A DNA stretch of 60,915 bases, filler included, from Sphacelaria rigidula (GCA_964200075.2; 10 parts of 10 records of this genome joined end to end with filler, not necessarily neighbours in it); one strand, 5' to 3'; numbered from the whole stretch's first letter, positions 35,646 to 49,308 are shown. The notes: generated from the sequence alone by a model not told the origin. Made by a program: numbers and translations.

Positions 35646-38228
35646 TCATGAGGAGCATGTTAGCCTGTTGTCATGCCGCTTCAGACCCGTCGATGGGTCC
35701 GGCTATATCTTGGACATCGGACATGTAGGGGCTGCAGGTTTTTTCAGAGTTGGTCAGAGACAAGTGTGGGCTTGAATAAGAAGATGCTGTGAGTCGTCCA
35801 GGCTCCCGCATCTCGTTCACTAACCTGCGCCGACGTCTCAGCATCACATCGCTTGGTGAGGATTGAGTTGAGAGTAAGGACCGAGCTTGAACGAGAACGA
35901 TATGTATATATATGAGACCACCTTCCGTACTTTCTGGAGGCATCAACCTACCGAGTGAAACTGAGTTACATAAAAGGAACCTCTAGACTTATTTGTGGGT
36001 TATCGCTAGAGCGCCAGCTGTTGGCTCCTGACAATAGCTTGCGTACCACCGCATGAGCTGTCTGGCGACTGGTACTCTGAGAAGTGTATTCATTATACAC
36101 CCAGCGTAACCCCACTACAACTTTCCCAGATTTTTGTTCTTGTCTGTTATAAGAAGCGACCTCAAGTCATTTTTTTCCCCCCGCGAAGCCCATTTTTTTC
36201 GGAGGAGCTTTTTTTTTCGGGGGGGAGGCTTTTTTGTTGTTCAACCCCATGTCTGCGAGGCCAGACCGCTATCCATTTCCCTCTGTTTTTCGAAGTGTAT
36301 GGAGGTTGTTGTTTCCCCTCTGCTTCGTTTAGGCCTTTACTCCGTAGGCTTCAGCCACTTCAGCCATTTTTGTTTTTTTTTAGCCGAAAAGACACTTTCT
36401 ACGATAGCCGCCTCCCAAAAAGTGCACGGTTTTGGGAGGCAATATCTTCACGTAAATCGAAATGGGAAAAGCCGAGCACATCGAGAAGCTGGGAGTTCCC
36501 ACGCTTGTGTTNNNNNNNNNNNNNNNNNNNNNNNNNNNNNNNNNNNNNNNNNNNNTTAATTAATTAANNNNNNNNNNNNNNNNNNNNNNNNNNNNNNNNN
36601 NNNNNNNNNNNCTGCCTGGGATAGATCTCCCCAAAAAACTCCTCACAACTATGATTAAGCTCTCCCCTCCCCCCCCCCCCCCCCCCCCCCAATCATGTGT
36701 TGGTGTAATTACTACGTTTTAGTATAGGCTGGCAACCCAAAAAAACATGCTGGAAATCATGGGAGCGCTATACTGAATGCAAGTAAAACCAGAAAAAACA
36801 GAAATCGTTCCCCAAGCATCCTGGCTTTGATACTTGAGAAGGCATTTTTCTGGGCCAGGGGTAGGGCCCCCATACGGTTTTGGCAGTGACATCAAATTCG
36901 GTAACAATCCCCGCGCTGGTCCTTCGGGTCCGGTCGATAAAATTCGCCTCGCCGTGATTGGGCAGGTCGCTCCTTGGCATATTCCTCATGATTTTACTAA
37001 CACATGATCAACTTCGTGATATTAGTTGGACGTCGGTCCCAAAAAGGCTGAAATACAAAATCTGGAACAGTAACTTTGAGCTACCGAAAATATCGTTTGA
37101 AATCCTACCGCCCTCCGACACACCCTACCAGCCACAACTACACTCATGCTGGCTTGGCGGCCATCACTACTCCCACTGCTGGTGCTCGCGGGCAGTCTGC
37201 GTGTTACGTCCTCGTCTTCGCCCGCCAGTATCGTGGCGGCACTTCACCCCATGAGGACAGCATAGGGCAGGGTCGATGACGAGTACTGTACAGACAGTCT
37301 GTGTGTAGCCCGTACAGTATTGTAGTGCAGTTGAGGTCTGTGCATGCAGCGTGTTGTCAACACCAGCCGCAATGCAGTACAGACTACTGTCCACGCACCC
37401 AAGCCTTGTGGAGACAGGACCGTACTGTACACACAATACTAATACTATACTATACGTAGTGCTGGTACCGTGTTATGAGTAGTACAGACAGTCAATACAC
37501 ATAGCACAGCACTGTATCTACTGTTATCCGTGCTGTCCGTACAGTAAAATATTACGAAGTAAAAAGACAACCATCAGTTCTACAGTCAGTGACTACAGCA
37601 AGGCGGGGCCCGTACTAATAGTCTTGCGTCATGCAGCCCACCACGTGTTGCTCAGTCAATATATTACAGTAGCACAGAGAGTGCATGCGGTACACAACGA
37701 CACAACAGCAGAGTGCTGTGTCTCTCTCGCGCGCTCCAATTTTTCGAATTATGCTCACACGCCTTGTAGAAAACGATGAACACTGCTTTTCCGATTGTAA
37801 TAGCTTCGACCACATGGGAAGGGGTACTTCAAAACGTGATGTCGAAAAACAAGAAAAAAGGGAAGTGGGTTCTTTGGTACATGAGTGGCCTTCTGAGAGT
37901 TCGAAAGAATTGCGAAAAGGGCGCCAACAAGGTCATCCTGTGGCTGTACCAGCATCTTCCTCTGTCCAATATTTTGTCCAACTACTGGATGAAGTAGAAT
38001 TGCACGTGTATCTGTCGGCGCTCCCCCCTCCCTCTCTCATTCGCTTGTTGATGATTGATTGCGAGCCTGGTCCGGCGATGCGAGGTCAAAAGTCACATGA
38101 TCATGGCATGCAAGATCATGAGTACCCCTTTCCTCCCCCCCCCCGCGCGCGCGCCCCCTCTCCCGATCTGCCCGTGTGCGTCGCTGCGGGATTGACCAAT
38201 GAAATATGACCCATCTCAACTGTGACAG

Positions 38229-38334
38229 GCACCTAAACTTCTACTTCAACGAGGACCCGCGGGCATGCCTTGACATGTGCAACGCTCTCGGCATTCGATT
38301 CCGACCCAAGACCAAAGTCAGGTCGCGTGAGCAG
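38229..38334 (+). CDS. Penultimate exon, possible organellar ribosomal protein uS15
   Basis: CAG|G HLNFYFNEDPRACLDMCNALGIRFRPKTKVRSREQ|GT; spacing matches the uS15 C-terminal L-x-Y/F-x4-D-x10-LG(L/I)R pattern. Confidence 0.5.
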
Positions 38335-39235
38335 GTGATACTTTTGCGAAGTGCTATAGAGTATGGTATATTTGTCCTTGTCGTTTTGTATTTGGCTGAC
38401 GGGAGGGGGGCAGGGAGGTTGAGGGGGGTCTTGGATTCCGTAAATGAGGGGCGTACATGAGATCGGAGCTTGGATGAGTAGCTCAAACTTGTCCTTTTGA
38501 ATTCTGGATCGTGATTTTCAAGAAGTGACGAGCGTGGTCTACACATTGGAATGTATCTTGTGTGCGATGACACTGCTCGGTGTGTGAGTATCATGCAGTT
38601 TGTTGATGATGAAAGGTTGCTAGATTTGTCATGAAGTGATGTTGTTTAGTGAGTCGGAAAGGGGAAAAACCCCATACCTTCCATGGCTGTCATTTCGGGA
38701 GCATCGACCTGGCGTAGGAGTTACATGTGTACCGCCCTTTTTTTTGTGCACACTCGATGGTCGTTCATGTAAGGAACCAATCCTCAGCTCTATGCTGATA
38801 ACATTAACCCATCTTTTTGGAGGAAGGGGAAGGAATAACGGGTTGTAAAAAGTCGCACGGAGGAAGATTATTTGGATACCTGAGCACACGACGCATCACC
38901 GCAGCTGACGGCGTGAAAGATGTTCGATCGAGATTCATTTCGTATTTTGAGGATGTTTTTGCCAATGTCTGCACAAACGCCGTGTCCATGTGAATGTTTA
39001 CCATGGAGCATGTAACATATATGCTCCCTGCCTCGTTTCCCCGACTTCTGGGGACCTTGGTGTTGTGGATGATGGCGCGAACAGTACATAACTTATCAAC
39101 CACCGCTCGAGGTTCCGCTGCGGTTGAGATGGTAATTTTTCGGTATTCCGTTGTGTACAATATTCGAAGTGTTTACTCAACAGTACACACGTACCTTCCC
39201 CCGTTGTCCCGTTGCCTGATTCTAATGGTTATCAG

Positions 39236-39376
39236 CGTTACGGAGCGTTCAGGAACACCAAGTCGAAGATTGGTACCGCCCGCCGTACGGAGATCATCAA
39301 CAAAATACGCGCGGAGCAGATGGAGGCGGCCGAAGCCAAGAGGCAGGCGGAGCAGCAGACGAAGTCCTACCAATAA
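39236..39376 (+). CDS. Terminal exon of the same gene
   Basis: CAG|RYGAFRNTKSKIGTARRTEIINKIRAEQMEAAEAKRQAEQQTKSYQ*; phase 0, compatible with the previous exon. Confidence 0.6.
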   Translation, partial: RYGAFRNTKSKIGTARRTEIINKIRAEQMEAAEAKRQAEQQTKSYQ

Positions 39377-40267
39377 TGGATTGTTCGACCGTCATAGGGC
39401 TCTTCTTACTTGTTTTTTTTTCTGCTTGTTGTGTTTCGGTGTGTGTGTTCGTGGTTTCCCTTCTCGCTCAGAAGTATCACGGATTCGCGTTTCCAGGAAG
39501 GCGTCTGGTTGGTGTACCATCCACTCGACCTACCCTCCCTACCCTGTTCCCTTGTAGTCGGCACACGTCTTCGAAGATGAGGACCGGCTCCAGCATGCGT
39601 GAACTATGGTTAGTTCTATGCGTGTTTGCGTGCACCCATTTCCGCCTGTTTTGATGTATTTTTTCGTACGTGAAGAAGCAACTGGCAATATATTGGCATT
39701 GCTATCATGTGGCGGCGAGCGAAACAGCTCTGCACAGGTGGTGCAGCAGGATCGTTGTTTCAAAGCTTAGTTTTGCGTCTTACAACTGGGGAGGTTTGAC
39801 GAGTATGTTGCGCCGCGGTCGGGTATGTTCGAGAGAGTGCCCCTGCATCACAGGGACTAGCTGTGCTGTGCACACTAGATGAAAAATCTACGTCTCACAC
39901 GCAGCGTACACAGCGGCGTTTAGCATTTTTGTGGGGTTGGTTGGGACAAGGCGACCATTGGATGTATTGATACTGATGCGTATGCAGGGTCTATCGATTC
40001 GAGTAGTTTCCACTCAGGAGTATAACGTAATAGTCCTGCGAGAATACGAATGTGATGCACAGCTCAAGGGCTTCCCAAACTACGACGTTGAACAGCTGTC
40101 TTCTCTGGTCGTCCACCTCTCATCATCATATACACCCATGCACCACTTGGCACAAGCTGAAACCCGTAACAGCGGCCCTTGCTGTCTTCACCTGTCGCAG
40201 CCCATCTCGTGGCGGTGATCGCCATGTCCGGAACTAAGATTAGCAACTCGGCAGCATATCGCTGGCG

Positions 40268-41700
40268 GCAATGTTTTCGTGGGGTTGACGGTCTAGGATA
40301 TGATTTAAAATGACAAGCAGTCAACTAATGAACAGCAGGGTTTCTGTTCCGAGATCCACCAGGCTACGAGGCCAATCGCCCTCTAGTCGCTTGCCACTGA
40401 AGCCTTTGATACCCCTGATTAGGATATCGACGTCTAGCCGTAAGCTTACGACAGTGTTACGGGCAAAGAAAAGCACGCACAAAATTAAAAATTTATCAAG
40501 TTGAAGCGAATCATTAAGCTCAATCTTGATCAACTCTAGACTCTAGTCGTGAATCTCACGGAAACATTACTTGACTTGTAAGTGTTCGATACATCTTTGC
40601 CCTCAAAGCTTTTATTCGGTAAACAGTAGTGTAGTGATATGACCGCTCGCAGAACATACTGCCGCGGATGTGATGGTTGATCGTTACTACAGTAAACGAC
40701 GTTTTCGTGAGATTAAGAGTAGAATGCTGATCGAGAGGGGCTTTGATCATTCGCCCTAACTTAGCCAACTTTTCATTCCGTGTGTGCTTTTGTTTGTCTC
40801 TATCACTAGCGTGTGTTTGGAGCTACACATCGATATCCTACTCAGGGATTTCAAAGGCTTCAGTGGCTAGCTACTAAATAAACCATATCGGTCCTCACAG
40901 AGGTGCATTTCGGAACTGAAACGATTGAGTCACTGATTGACTGCTTGTCACTCTCAATCGTAACGTCCACTACTCTCAATCTCACGAAAACATTGTTAGT
41001 ACTCGCGCAGCAGAGCACTTTTAATTGTCACATTTAAATGGGTGGGCGGGAGGTACTACCGCAAGATTTTTAGCATCTCGTGCGCAGGCGTCGAGCAAAC
41101 TTGACTTCAGCAACAGTGGTTCCATGTTGGGGGTGCCCTTTTCTTTCTGAGGCTCTGAACTTCAAGAGACTCTCCGTGACAAATATCTGGGTCCTTGTCT
41201 GCAGCCCCGGAAAACGTTTTGACTCGAACGTGCACCTCCAATGTTTTCGTGAAATTAAGTGTAGAGGGTACGATTGAAAGTGAGAAGCGGTCGATTGATG
41301 AGTGCATAATTTCAATTCTGAAACACCCCCCCTCCCCCACGGGACCCGATGCGCTTTGCGTAGTAGCTTGCCACTGAAGCCGTAAATGTCCCTCAGTAGG
41401 ATTTTGACGTGTAGCTGTAACCACACGTAGGTGCTACAGGCAAAGGAAAGCACACAGAGAACGAAGAATTGGCCGAGTTGAAGCAAAAAAAAAAACACCC
41501 TCGAAAATCGCTCTACTCTGCTCTACTCTCGATCTCACGAAGACAATGGTTTCCGTGAAATAACTCTTCAAACGACTCGAGATATTTTTTTGGCGCCGTG
41601 AAAATGGGCTGACACTCACTACTGGAAACAACGTGTTCGTGAGATGGAGAGTAGAGTACTGATTGAGGGTGAATTTGATCAATGGCTTTACCTTAGCCAG
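40268..41700. mobile_element. Cluster of four ~300-bp MITE copies in alternating orientation
   Basis: Units at about 40268-40570, 40695-40996, 41240-41548 and a partial at 41628-41700, bounded by CAATGTTTTCGTGA...TCACGAAAACATTG-like TIRs. Another partial copy at 18143-18206. Confidence 0.7.
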
Positions 41701-42612
41701 TTATGCATCCCGAAGTGTAATTCTCCTTCCCTCCATCATATTCCTTGGCTCAGGCACAGGATAATGGTTTGAAATATTTTATTGAAGAGCACCCAAGTTC
41801 TACTGTAACTCGGGAGAGTGCTGATGAGATGGATGTAGAAGAGATGAAGAGTGGGCCAGGAGGCGAGTTGCCCGGCTGCCCTCATCTGTACTGTACCACA
41901 TTTGACACACTTGACTGTCGGTACTCGTACGTCACCCCGATCCCCAGTTCTACGGAGATCCAGCGTTACTAGGTATCTGAATCACTCGAACACGCCCCCT
42001 GATCGGATACCTCAGCACTCAAAGCTAAAAAAAAAAAAAAATTAAGGAGGAAACTCGGCCTTCCGAGCAAAAACCTCCTATCACACAAACTCCACCGCTT
42101 GTGCTCAAAACAACAGCCCTTTTTCGCAGACGTCCAGGCCAGGGCACCAACACTTTACAACGAGAAACGCCTTACAAACTCATGCCCCACAAAGTAGCGT
42201 GAGCGGCTTCACCCGATGCAAGTGCAGGTGCATTACGAAAACCATGACCTGAAACATCTAGAGCTGACAAATCGAAAGACACACAAAACAAAAACATGTG
42301 CCTATTCTTTGTCCCCTGTGTTCATCAAGGCGCGACGGTGCCTGTTGAACAGCGTGAAGGGGAGCGGCTTCGTGAGGATATCAGCGTGTTGCCACTCCGA
42401 GTCCACATGTACGATCTTTACTGCTCCTGTTCTTACCAAGTCCCTGATAAAATGCCATCTCACGTCGATATGCTTACTGCGACCTGAGCTCAGAGGGTTG
42501 TCGGCGAGAGCCTTGGCCCCCTCATTGTCTTCATAGAGGACAATATCGTACTCCTCTACTCGTCCCAACACCACCCTTGGTCGCAGAAAAGACAGTACCG
42601 ACCTGACAAACA
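41699..42612 (-). mobile_element. 3' end of a Ty1/copia LTR retrotransposon (RNase H, 3' UTR, PPT, 3' LTR about 41699-41992)
   Basis: On the minus strand a purine-rich AGGGGGCG (42000-41993) is followed by TGTTCGAG, the likely LTR start. The distal end is inferred from where the neighbouring MITE is cut off. Confidence 0.75.
42302..42612 (-). CDS. Ty1/copia pol polyprotein C-terminus (RNase H), truncated by the contig end
   Basis: LYEDNEGAKALADNPLSSGRSKHIDVRWHFIRD...QHADILTKPL is the canonical copia RNase H motif set. Confidence 0.95.
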
Positions 42613-42712
42613 NNNNNNNNNNNNNNNNNNNNNNNNNNNNNNNNNNNNNNNNNNNNTTAATTAATTAANNNNNNNNNNNNNNNNNNNNNNNNNNNNNNNN
42701 NNNNNNNNNNNN

Positions 42713-42714
<2 letters not shown>

Positions 42715-42770
<56 letters not shown>
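42715..42770. repeat. (GT)n microsatellite
   Basis: Uninterrupted GT run at a contig start. Confidence 0.95.
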
Positions 42771-42775
<5 letters not shown>

Positions 42776-43083
42776 GGGAGGGGGGGGGATATAGTGATGA
42801 TTCTCAATGTCGTATTCGGAAGAACATTGACCTGGCATCCCTACAAGTCCGGGACGGAGCATGACGGTTCCTTTCGCCGGGCCAGGCTCGATATCACAAT
42901 GTGCGAAGCGCCGTCATTTGTTCGACGAGTCGCATGAAGAGTAACTTACATTCTGCTGAGAGTGTTCAGCCCAAAGTGTACTCATCATCTTGTATATGGA
43001 TGATAACCTCAAATGAGTGTCCACATGGGGGGAGGGGCTGGGGCTGGGGCTGGGGGGACGGGCCAGTGCTTTTGTCCACTGAC

Positions 43084-43156
43084 CTGGTCCATGTTGGAGT
43101 GCAGCCATGCTCGCTCGTGGTAGATGTCCCTGATGCTCCCTCCGGCGGCGGAGATT
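43084..43156 (-). CDS. L-threonine dehydratase, next exon (ACT domain)
   Basis: ISAAGGSIRDIYHERAWLHSNMDQ; phase-compatible with the previous exon, CAG acceptor, GTCAGT donor. Confidence 0.88.
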
Positions 43157-43546
43157 CTGGAGCATGACGAAATCGAGTGAGACAAATCGGTCGATTGGAT
43201 TATGTATGTGTGTGTACCCTGTAGTCAACTAATTTTCGCTGTATATGTATTTCATTCAATTCAACACACAATATATATATATATATGTCCATGCATCGAT
43301 ATGTGTATATATATGCGCGTTTACATGTCCATGGTGATACGGCAACTCACGACGCGGTGGGATTCGAAACGTACCAACCTCTTTGTTACGCCTATTGTAT
43401 GTGTAGCACCCGTCACGAAAACCGTGAAATGCTACTCCCAACCTCAATACCTGGACAAGTACCGAATTAATCACACGTATCTCATCTCTCCTCAGTCATC
43501 CCCACGTATATTCCCACATCTGTATCTATATCGCCATGTAACTCAC

Positions 43547-43700
43547 GACGCAGTGAGGTTCGAAATGCCGCCGGGCCTGTCCGATACTGTCGTCACGAAG
43601 CGCACGAGACGCTGGTCTGCAGCGAGGCCTCGATCGATCACGCGTCCCAGGACGGGCACATCGATGTTACCCCCGCACAGAGGGATCACCACCTTCTTGC
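43547..43700 (-). CDS. L-threonine dehydratase (ACT-domain type), internal exon
   Basis: GKKVVIPLCGGNIDVPVLGRVIDRGLAADQRLVRFVTTVSDRPGGISNLTA; CAG acceptor, GTGAGT donor. Confidence 0.9.
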
Positions 43701-44213
43701 CTGGCGTCGACCGAAACATGTCCAACATGGCACGAGAAAAAAAAAAGATAAAAAAAAGATAAAAAAAGGAAAAAAAAAAAGGAAAAAAAAAGAAAAAAAA
43801 AGGAAAGGGAAGGGAAGTAATGAGTGGAGGATATAACATGCAACAGAGACTTCACACGCGGCGACGAAACCCCATGGTTGAGTGCGCATTGTTACACGAC
43901 GTGTGGGCCTTGCCGACCTCCCCCTCACACATCCCGCGGTGTCATTGCAGTGCTCCTCGTTGAGGAGGCGTGCAGCGTTAGCAGTCTGCCTCCCGCAGGC
44001 GCACTCAATGCTTTCGGGGACCCGACTGCCAGAAGCATGTGGTTTCCACGCGCGACTTTTTCTTGGTCGATCAACGAAAAAAGCCCTCGCATGCAAACTA
44101 CATGCTTCTGGCAGTCCGGTCCCCGAAAGGGTTAAGGACGCCAGCGGTCACGGATGGAGCCCGCTGTTCCTGCTCGTTGCGAGAGTCGATCATGAAAGAG
44201 GCTAGGAAGAAAC

Positions 44214-44755
44214 CGAGGTTATGTCGTGTGGGGTATGGGATTCCTCACAGAACTTACAAAAATATCGGGTACCATTGCGAAAGTCTCACAGAAATGACAG
44301 AACTTGTCGGGTACCGGTTTGAAAGACTAACATAAATTACAGAACTTGTCGGGTACGGTACGGAAGGCTTACAGAAAACCGTAGCGGCTATCGGGTATTT
44401 CTTCACGAGTATACCCGCGCTCCGGGTACGAGCATACACATCATGTGCAGAACTCACAAAACTGTCGGGCAAGGGTGTGGGAGGCGTACAAAACTCACAG
44501 GAACTACCGGGCAGGGTATGGAGGCTGCACGGAAAACCGTACCCGCAACAGGGTATCATACCAAGAGCATGCCCGTGCCCCCGGTAACGGTGCGGAAGGC
44601 TTACAGAACTCACAGAATTATCGGGCGAGGAAATGAAAGTCTTACAGACTTTACAGAACTGTCGGGTACCGGTATGGAAGAGTCGGATACAGCCTAAACA
44701 CCCGGGAAAAGACCCCGGGTATACAGAAACCCGTACCCTACAGAACACAACCTTA
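44214..44755. mobile_element. hAT-type MITE (542 bp)
   Basis: Perfect 8-bp TSD GAAGAAAC (44206-44213, 44756-44763); imperfect ~25-bp TIRs AGGTTATGTCGTGTGGGGTA / TACCCTACAGAACACAACCT; internal ACAGAACTTGTCGGGTAC subrepeats. Confidence 0.9.
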
Positions 44756-45059
44756 GAAGAAACTCTGATGGGCAGCGCTTGGGGTCTAGCCGATCGCGAA
44801 CCTGCGTCGACGGCAGGATAGCCACGGTTGGCGCAGGTGGGGCCGGGAACTTCCGGGCGAGGTGCCACTATCTACGCCGGTGTCAACGGTGGTGCTGGGT
44901 GCGGCGGTGGTGGCAGCTGTGCCGGCAGTAGGGAAGGCCGGAGACAAGGTGACGGTGATCCGAGGCGTGGAGGCGGCAGAGCCGGCGGCGTCCATGTTAT
45001 TGTTCAATGGCGTGCCGGGTGAGCTTTTTTTTCTTCTTTCTTCTTTTTTCCTCACACGT

Positions 45060-45357
45060 TGAACCCCTCCCCTTCCTCGGGATGAGTCCGTGGTCTCAAG
45101 GGATTTACCCATCTCTCCCCCGGTACGTGCGTTGCATTTTCGTCTCGCGGATTGGATCATGACCATCAGCACTCCCGCATCGCGTCAACTCACGTCACAC
45201 AAACCCAGTCGAATACTTTGTTTATTCACGTTGTCACGCTTTCCACGCTGGAAATCATACATGACGAAGAAAAAACTCGACGCGTCGGGAATCGAACCCC
45301 CGTTCTCTCCACCCTAATGGCGACAATCGGACCATTAGACCACCGGGCCGCGGCGGC
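45060..45357 (-). mobile_element. tRNA-derived SINE, family A
   Basis: Minus strand GCCCGGTGGTCTAATGG ... GGTTCGATTCCC; body matches the other family A copies. Confidence 0.8.
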
Positions 45358-46307
45358 GTAATACCCGATATTTTGGGATTGTAACAGGTCGCACGTCAGC
45401 TGGGTACAGTCAGTCACAATAGAGTGTTCCGGAGAAACGCTTTTTTGTCACTTCAAAGTGCAAGGATCTTACGATCAGATTGTAACGAAAAAGCAAATCC
45501 CCCCCACGTCCGATGTAGTATCTCCTTTTTGAAACGGGAACTCTTTCTCGATGAGTTTTCTTTTTTTCTCTTTATTCCGCACTCTGATCCTGAGATATCT
45601 GCACTCTGAAATAAAAAAAAGCGTTCTCCGAAACTCTCCGATGGCTTGTATCGGCTGTAGAGAGGGGAACAACAGCGCGGAGCAGGCTGCTGCTGTAGAC
45701 ATGGGTTGGATCACCCCTTTTGAAACTTATCAACAATATCGGGTATACGCCCACCCGACACGCTCTTGTTTTGTTCCTTGTCAACCTTCTTCTGGTGTTC
45801 CCCAGGTGGAAGTATTGCTTCCCTTTGAGTCTTTCAAGGGTCGGACGAATCAATGCTTCGTCCGGGTATTACGTGATTTTAGTGTGATTGGTTCGTACCG
45901 TGCGGAATAAATCCTTACGCTTCGTTTTCAGCGTTGCAGCCCAGGCAGGTACGCGAAGCCCAGGCACGTGGAATAGCGCAAACGTTGCGTGGAGACCTGT
46001 TTGACGAGCGGTCGACTCTTTTTTCTCTCCTTCGATCGATCAGGCCCAAGAAATCGTGGAATTGGTGATTCGAAGCGGCGATGATTCGTCCGAACCGTGG
46101 TACCTTCCGCCCGTTTTGACCCTTCGTCTTGCCAGCGCATCGAACCAAGTTGTGCTTCTTCTTCCTTTGGATTTTATGCTAGCGAGCAGAAGCAGTGCTT
46201 CTCCGATTGCAGGCGTGGGAAGGTCGAACGTCTCCCTACTAATCTATTTTCGAGTTTTTTTTTTCCCAGTCGGTCATGAATTACGTCTAAAGCTCTCTTT
46301 TTTTTCC

Positions 46308-46680
46308 GTTGTGTGTTGTTTGCGTGGTGTCGTCCCATCCATTCTGGACGCCAGTCTACACCTTTCGGTGTATGTGGGTGCATCACACAGGAGGAAGGCA
46401 AGGCCGACACATGAGTTTTTTTTTTAATTATTACTTTGTTTCAGTTCTCCACCTTCGGTCTGTGATGCTTGCCTATTTTTGATCACGAGAGGAGTTCAGC
46501 CGTCCCTTTCCCTCGTCGACCGTGAAGTCAAATTTCATGTACCCACGATACAGTCGCTCTCCACTGCTGGGCATGATGTGATAAAAAATCCCAGATCGTG
46601 TGACTTCGCCGAGATTCGAACCACTCACGACCCCACCGTCAGAGAGAATCGAGGTTACCAACTGAGCCACCGGAGGCACC
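46308..46680 (-). mobile_element. tRNA-derived SINE, family B
   Basis: Minus strand GGTGGCTCAGTTGGTAA (A box) ... GGTTCGAATC (B box), with a CA-rich tail. Matches 51394-51755. Confidence 0.82.
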
Positions 46681-48541
46681 CTTTGCATCAAGAAAACTCA
46701 TCATCACAACAGCTACAAGGGCTTGTCTGGGTGGGCTAGTGTCATGAGGCAGCGAGGCGTTGAACGCTTCGCCTTCTCAGCCCCGTGCATCGGTACTTGC
46801 TCGAGGTTCAAGATCTCGGGTCTGGTCAGAGGAAATGTATAATAAGCTAGGGTGTCAGGTCTGACTAGGTTTGACCAGAGACAAACCACAAACATGGGTT
46901 TGTCTGTGCAAGTATGTCGCTAGCCCTATCTAGGCACTCATGCGCCATCGCTGGAGTCAGTTGTCCATCGGTAAGAACGAGTGAAGAGCGTTGAAATCGC
47001 TGGAACGAGGACTAACAGAATAAAAGGATAAGCTTCCCGCACAGTCGACAGACAGTACCTACTTGCGTAAACCAGGCTATTGAGATAGGGGTGTTGTTCA
47101 AAGTCATCAGATACAGCTACGCAGTGGTCAACACGGCTTGTCTGTTCGACTCTCAGTGCCTTGCTGAGCGTATTGACCATATGCGCCAGTCCAACCACTT
47201 GACGGGGGTGACAAACATATTTGTCAAGCTATTTTCAATACGCGCCATCTTGCGTTTTCATCGTTCGTTTTGGAGTCTGTCTGTCTGAAATCTGTTAACT
47301 GCGGCTTGAGTCCACGTTTCGACGGGTGCTTCCAGTGAGTGTGAAAAGTATCATATATAACGACACATTCAGCAGCAGGCACGGTGGAAATCCTCCACAA
47401 AAAAGGACGAAGGGAAGGGAGGCACCCATAAGGCACCCTTACCTTCAAAAGCCATCCCCTTTTCTTGCTCGAAAAAAATCAAACCTTTGCCTTTTTAATT
47501 TCGTTTCTTTTAGCGGTTCCTTTCACTCCAGTTTCCCACACACGCATATCCCCCGCTCTTCATTTCCTTGACCTCTGGTCCCCTCCTCACTATATTGTTT
47601 TCGCATGCATGTATCCCTTCATGTTGAATCAACCCCCTGCCCCCATCCTTCCTTTTATTTGACCGACTGTGTGTATGTGTGTGTGTTTTACTCAACATCT
47701 TATCCTTCTGCACGGCACCTCGCAATCGAACTATCCGTCACCCTCCTTTGTTCTTCCTCGCGTATACTGAGGTGTATACATAAATGTACTTAGTCTTGTA
47801 CTCCGACAGTCTCTTGGTTTTTTCTTTTGCATAGTCATACGACTATTCTTCGCTCCACACCTTGAACTTGACCAGAACTCTACAATCAACCAGTCAATAA
47901 ATCGAAGAATCGATTCATCTGCTCCATCACTCCTCCTTCTCTGCCTTTTTTTCCGAACGTATGCTTTGTAGTATACATCATTTTCTTCGGGCAAGCGCCC
48001 ACTCTTCCGTTGTTACTCTTTTTTCCTTTGTACACGCACCGTTTAATCCCCGTGTGCCAACCTCGTCGTTTATTGTTTCAACATTCAATCCGTATACATC
48101 ATTCCACGAAACCAATCCATTTTTTTCATGTACTTTTTACTTTTCCTTCCTGGGAAAAAAAATAAGAAAACACTTCCTACATGTGTCTTGACATATTACT
48201 TAGCAATACCCGAGTTATTCTAGTTCTTATTTTTGTGAATATCTTTTCATTTGTTAAGGTGCGGATTTTTGGGATGAAGTCATTCATTGCACTGTTGACT
48301 CCGCGAAAAGAGACGCAGAATTTCTGACCAACATAACGTTCATGCGTACTATTCTATTTCAGAGTTGATATGAGCTTGCTGGAGGAGCGGGGGGAGGGAG
48401 GGGGTATATTCCAGGTATGCTAACAATGTATTTTTGTGCAAAACTTGGTATTTTGTAAATAGCATTTTCGGCGTTTCCGTTCTGTTCCACCTTGGGTAAC
48501 TTTACACTATCACCACGGCCGAATCCCTCCGAGGATTGGTA

Positions 48542-48544
<3 letters not shown>

Positions 48545-48587
<43 letters not shown>

Positions 48588-48700
48588 GTCGTCCCATCTA
48601 TTCTGGACGCCGGTCTACACCTTCCGGTATATGTGGGCGCATCAGCCGGGGTCACACAGGAGGAAGGTCAACATAGGTGCTTTTTCTTTTTTCATTTGTT
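48545..48700 (-). mobile_element. SINE family B, 3' part with expanded (CA)n tail
   Basis: GTCGTCCCATCTATTCTGGACGCC.GTCTACACCTT matches the other family B copies and is preceded by (GT)n. Confidence 0.78.
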
Positions 48701-49210
48701 TTTAATATCCCACNNNNNNNNNNNNNNNNNNNNNNNNNNNNNNNNNNNNNNNNNNNNTTAATTAATTAANNNNNNNNNNNNNNNNNNNNNNNNNNNNNNN
48801 NNNNNNNNNNNNNATTTTAATCCTCCGGGTTCTCATCCTCAATGAAAAGCACCATCCTCAACATGGATGATCGGCTGTTTAACGGTAAGTTCGTGGGATC
48901 ACAAACAAAGTACGCGATGAGGAATAGGTTCGAGATCGAAACTTCCCATATGGCCGCCGATCAATTTCAGGCAGGTAGTTCTGGGTCGACCAAGCCTTTC
49001 ATTGAAGACATCATTTTCTTTCTTGAAAGCTTACGAACAGAAGAAGAAGACGCAAATATGATTTTGTTCCAACGACGATTGGGATTAGCGGCGGTGCCAA
49101 ACCAAGAAAGAGATAAACGGCGACTTTTTCTCTCTTTATATCCTACGCTAGAGGCCTCTGTGTGCTGTGACCAGTCAGCATTGAGGCGTGGGGCACAAAG
49201 GGCCTGTTAA

Positions 49211-49308
49211 CCCTTAGACCGCGAGATTAGTCTTTCTGGATCATGCATACTTTTTTTCACCTTAAATTGATGCCGATTCAACAGAAGACTAACCTCGCGG
49301 TCTAAGGG
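49211..49308. mobile_element. Very small piggyBac-type MITE (98 bp)
   Basis: TTAA|CCCTTAGACCGCGAGATTAGTCTT...AAGACTAACCTCGCGGTCTAAGGG|TTAC; CCC/GGG termini, one intact TTAA. Confidence 0.7.
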
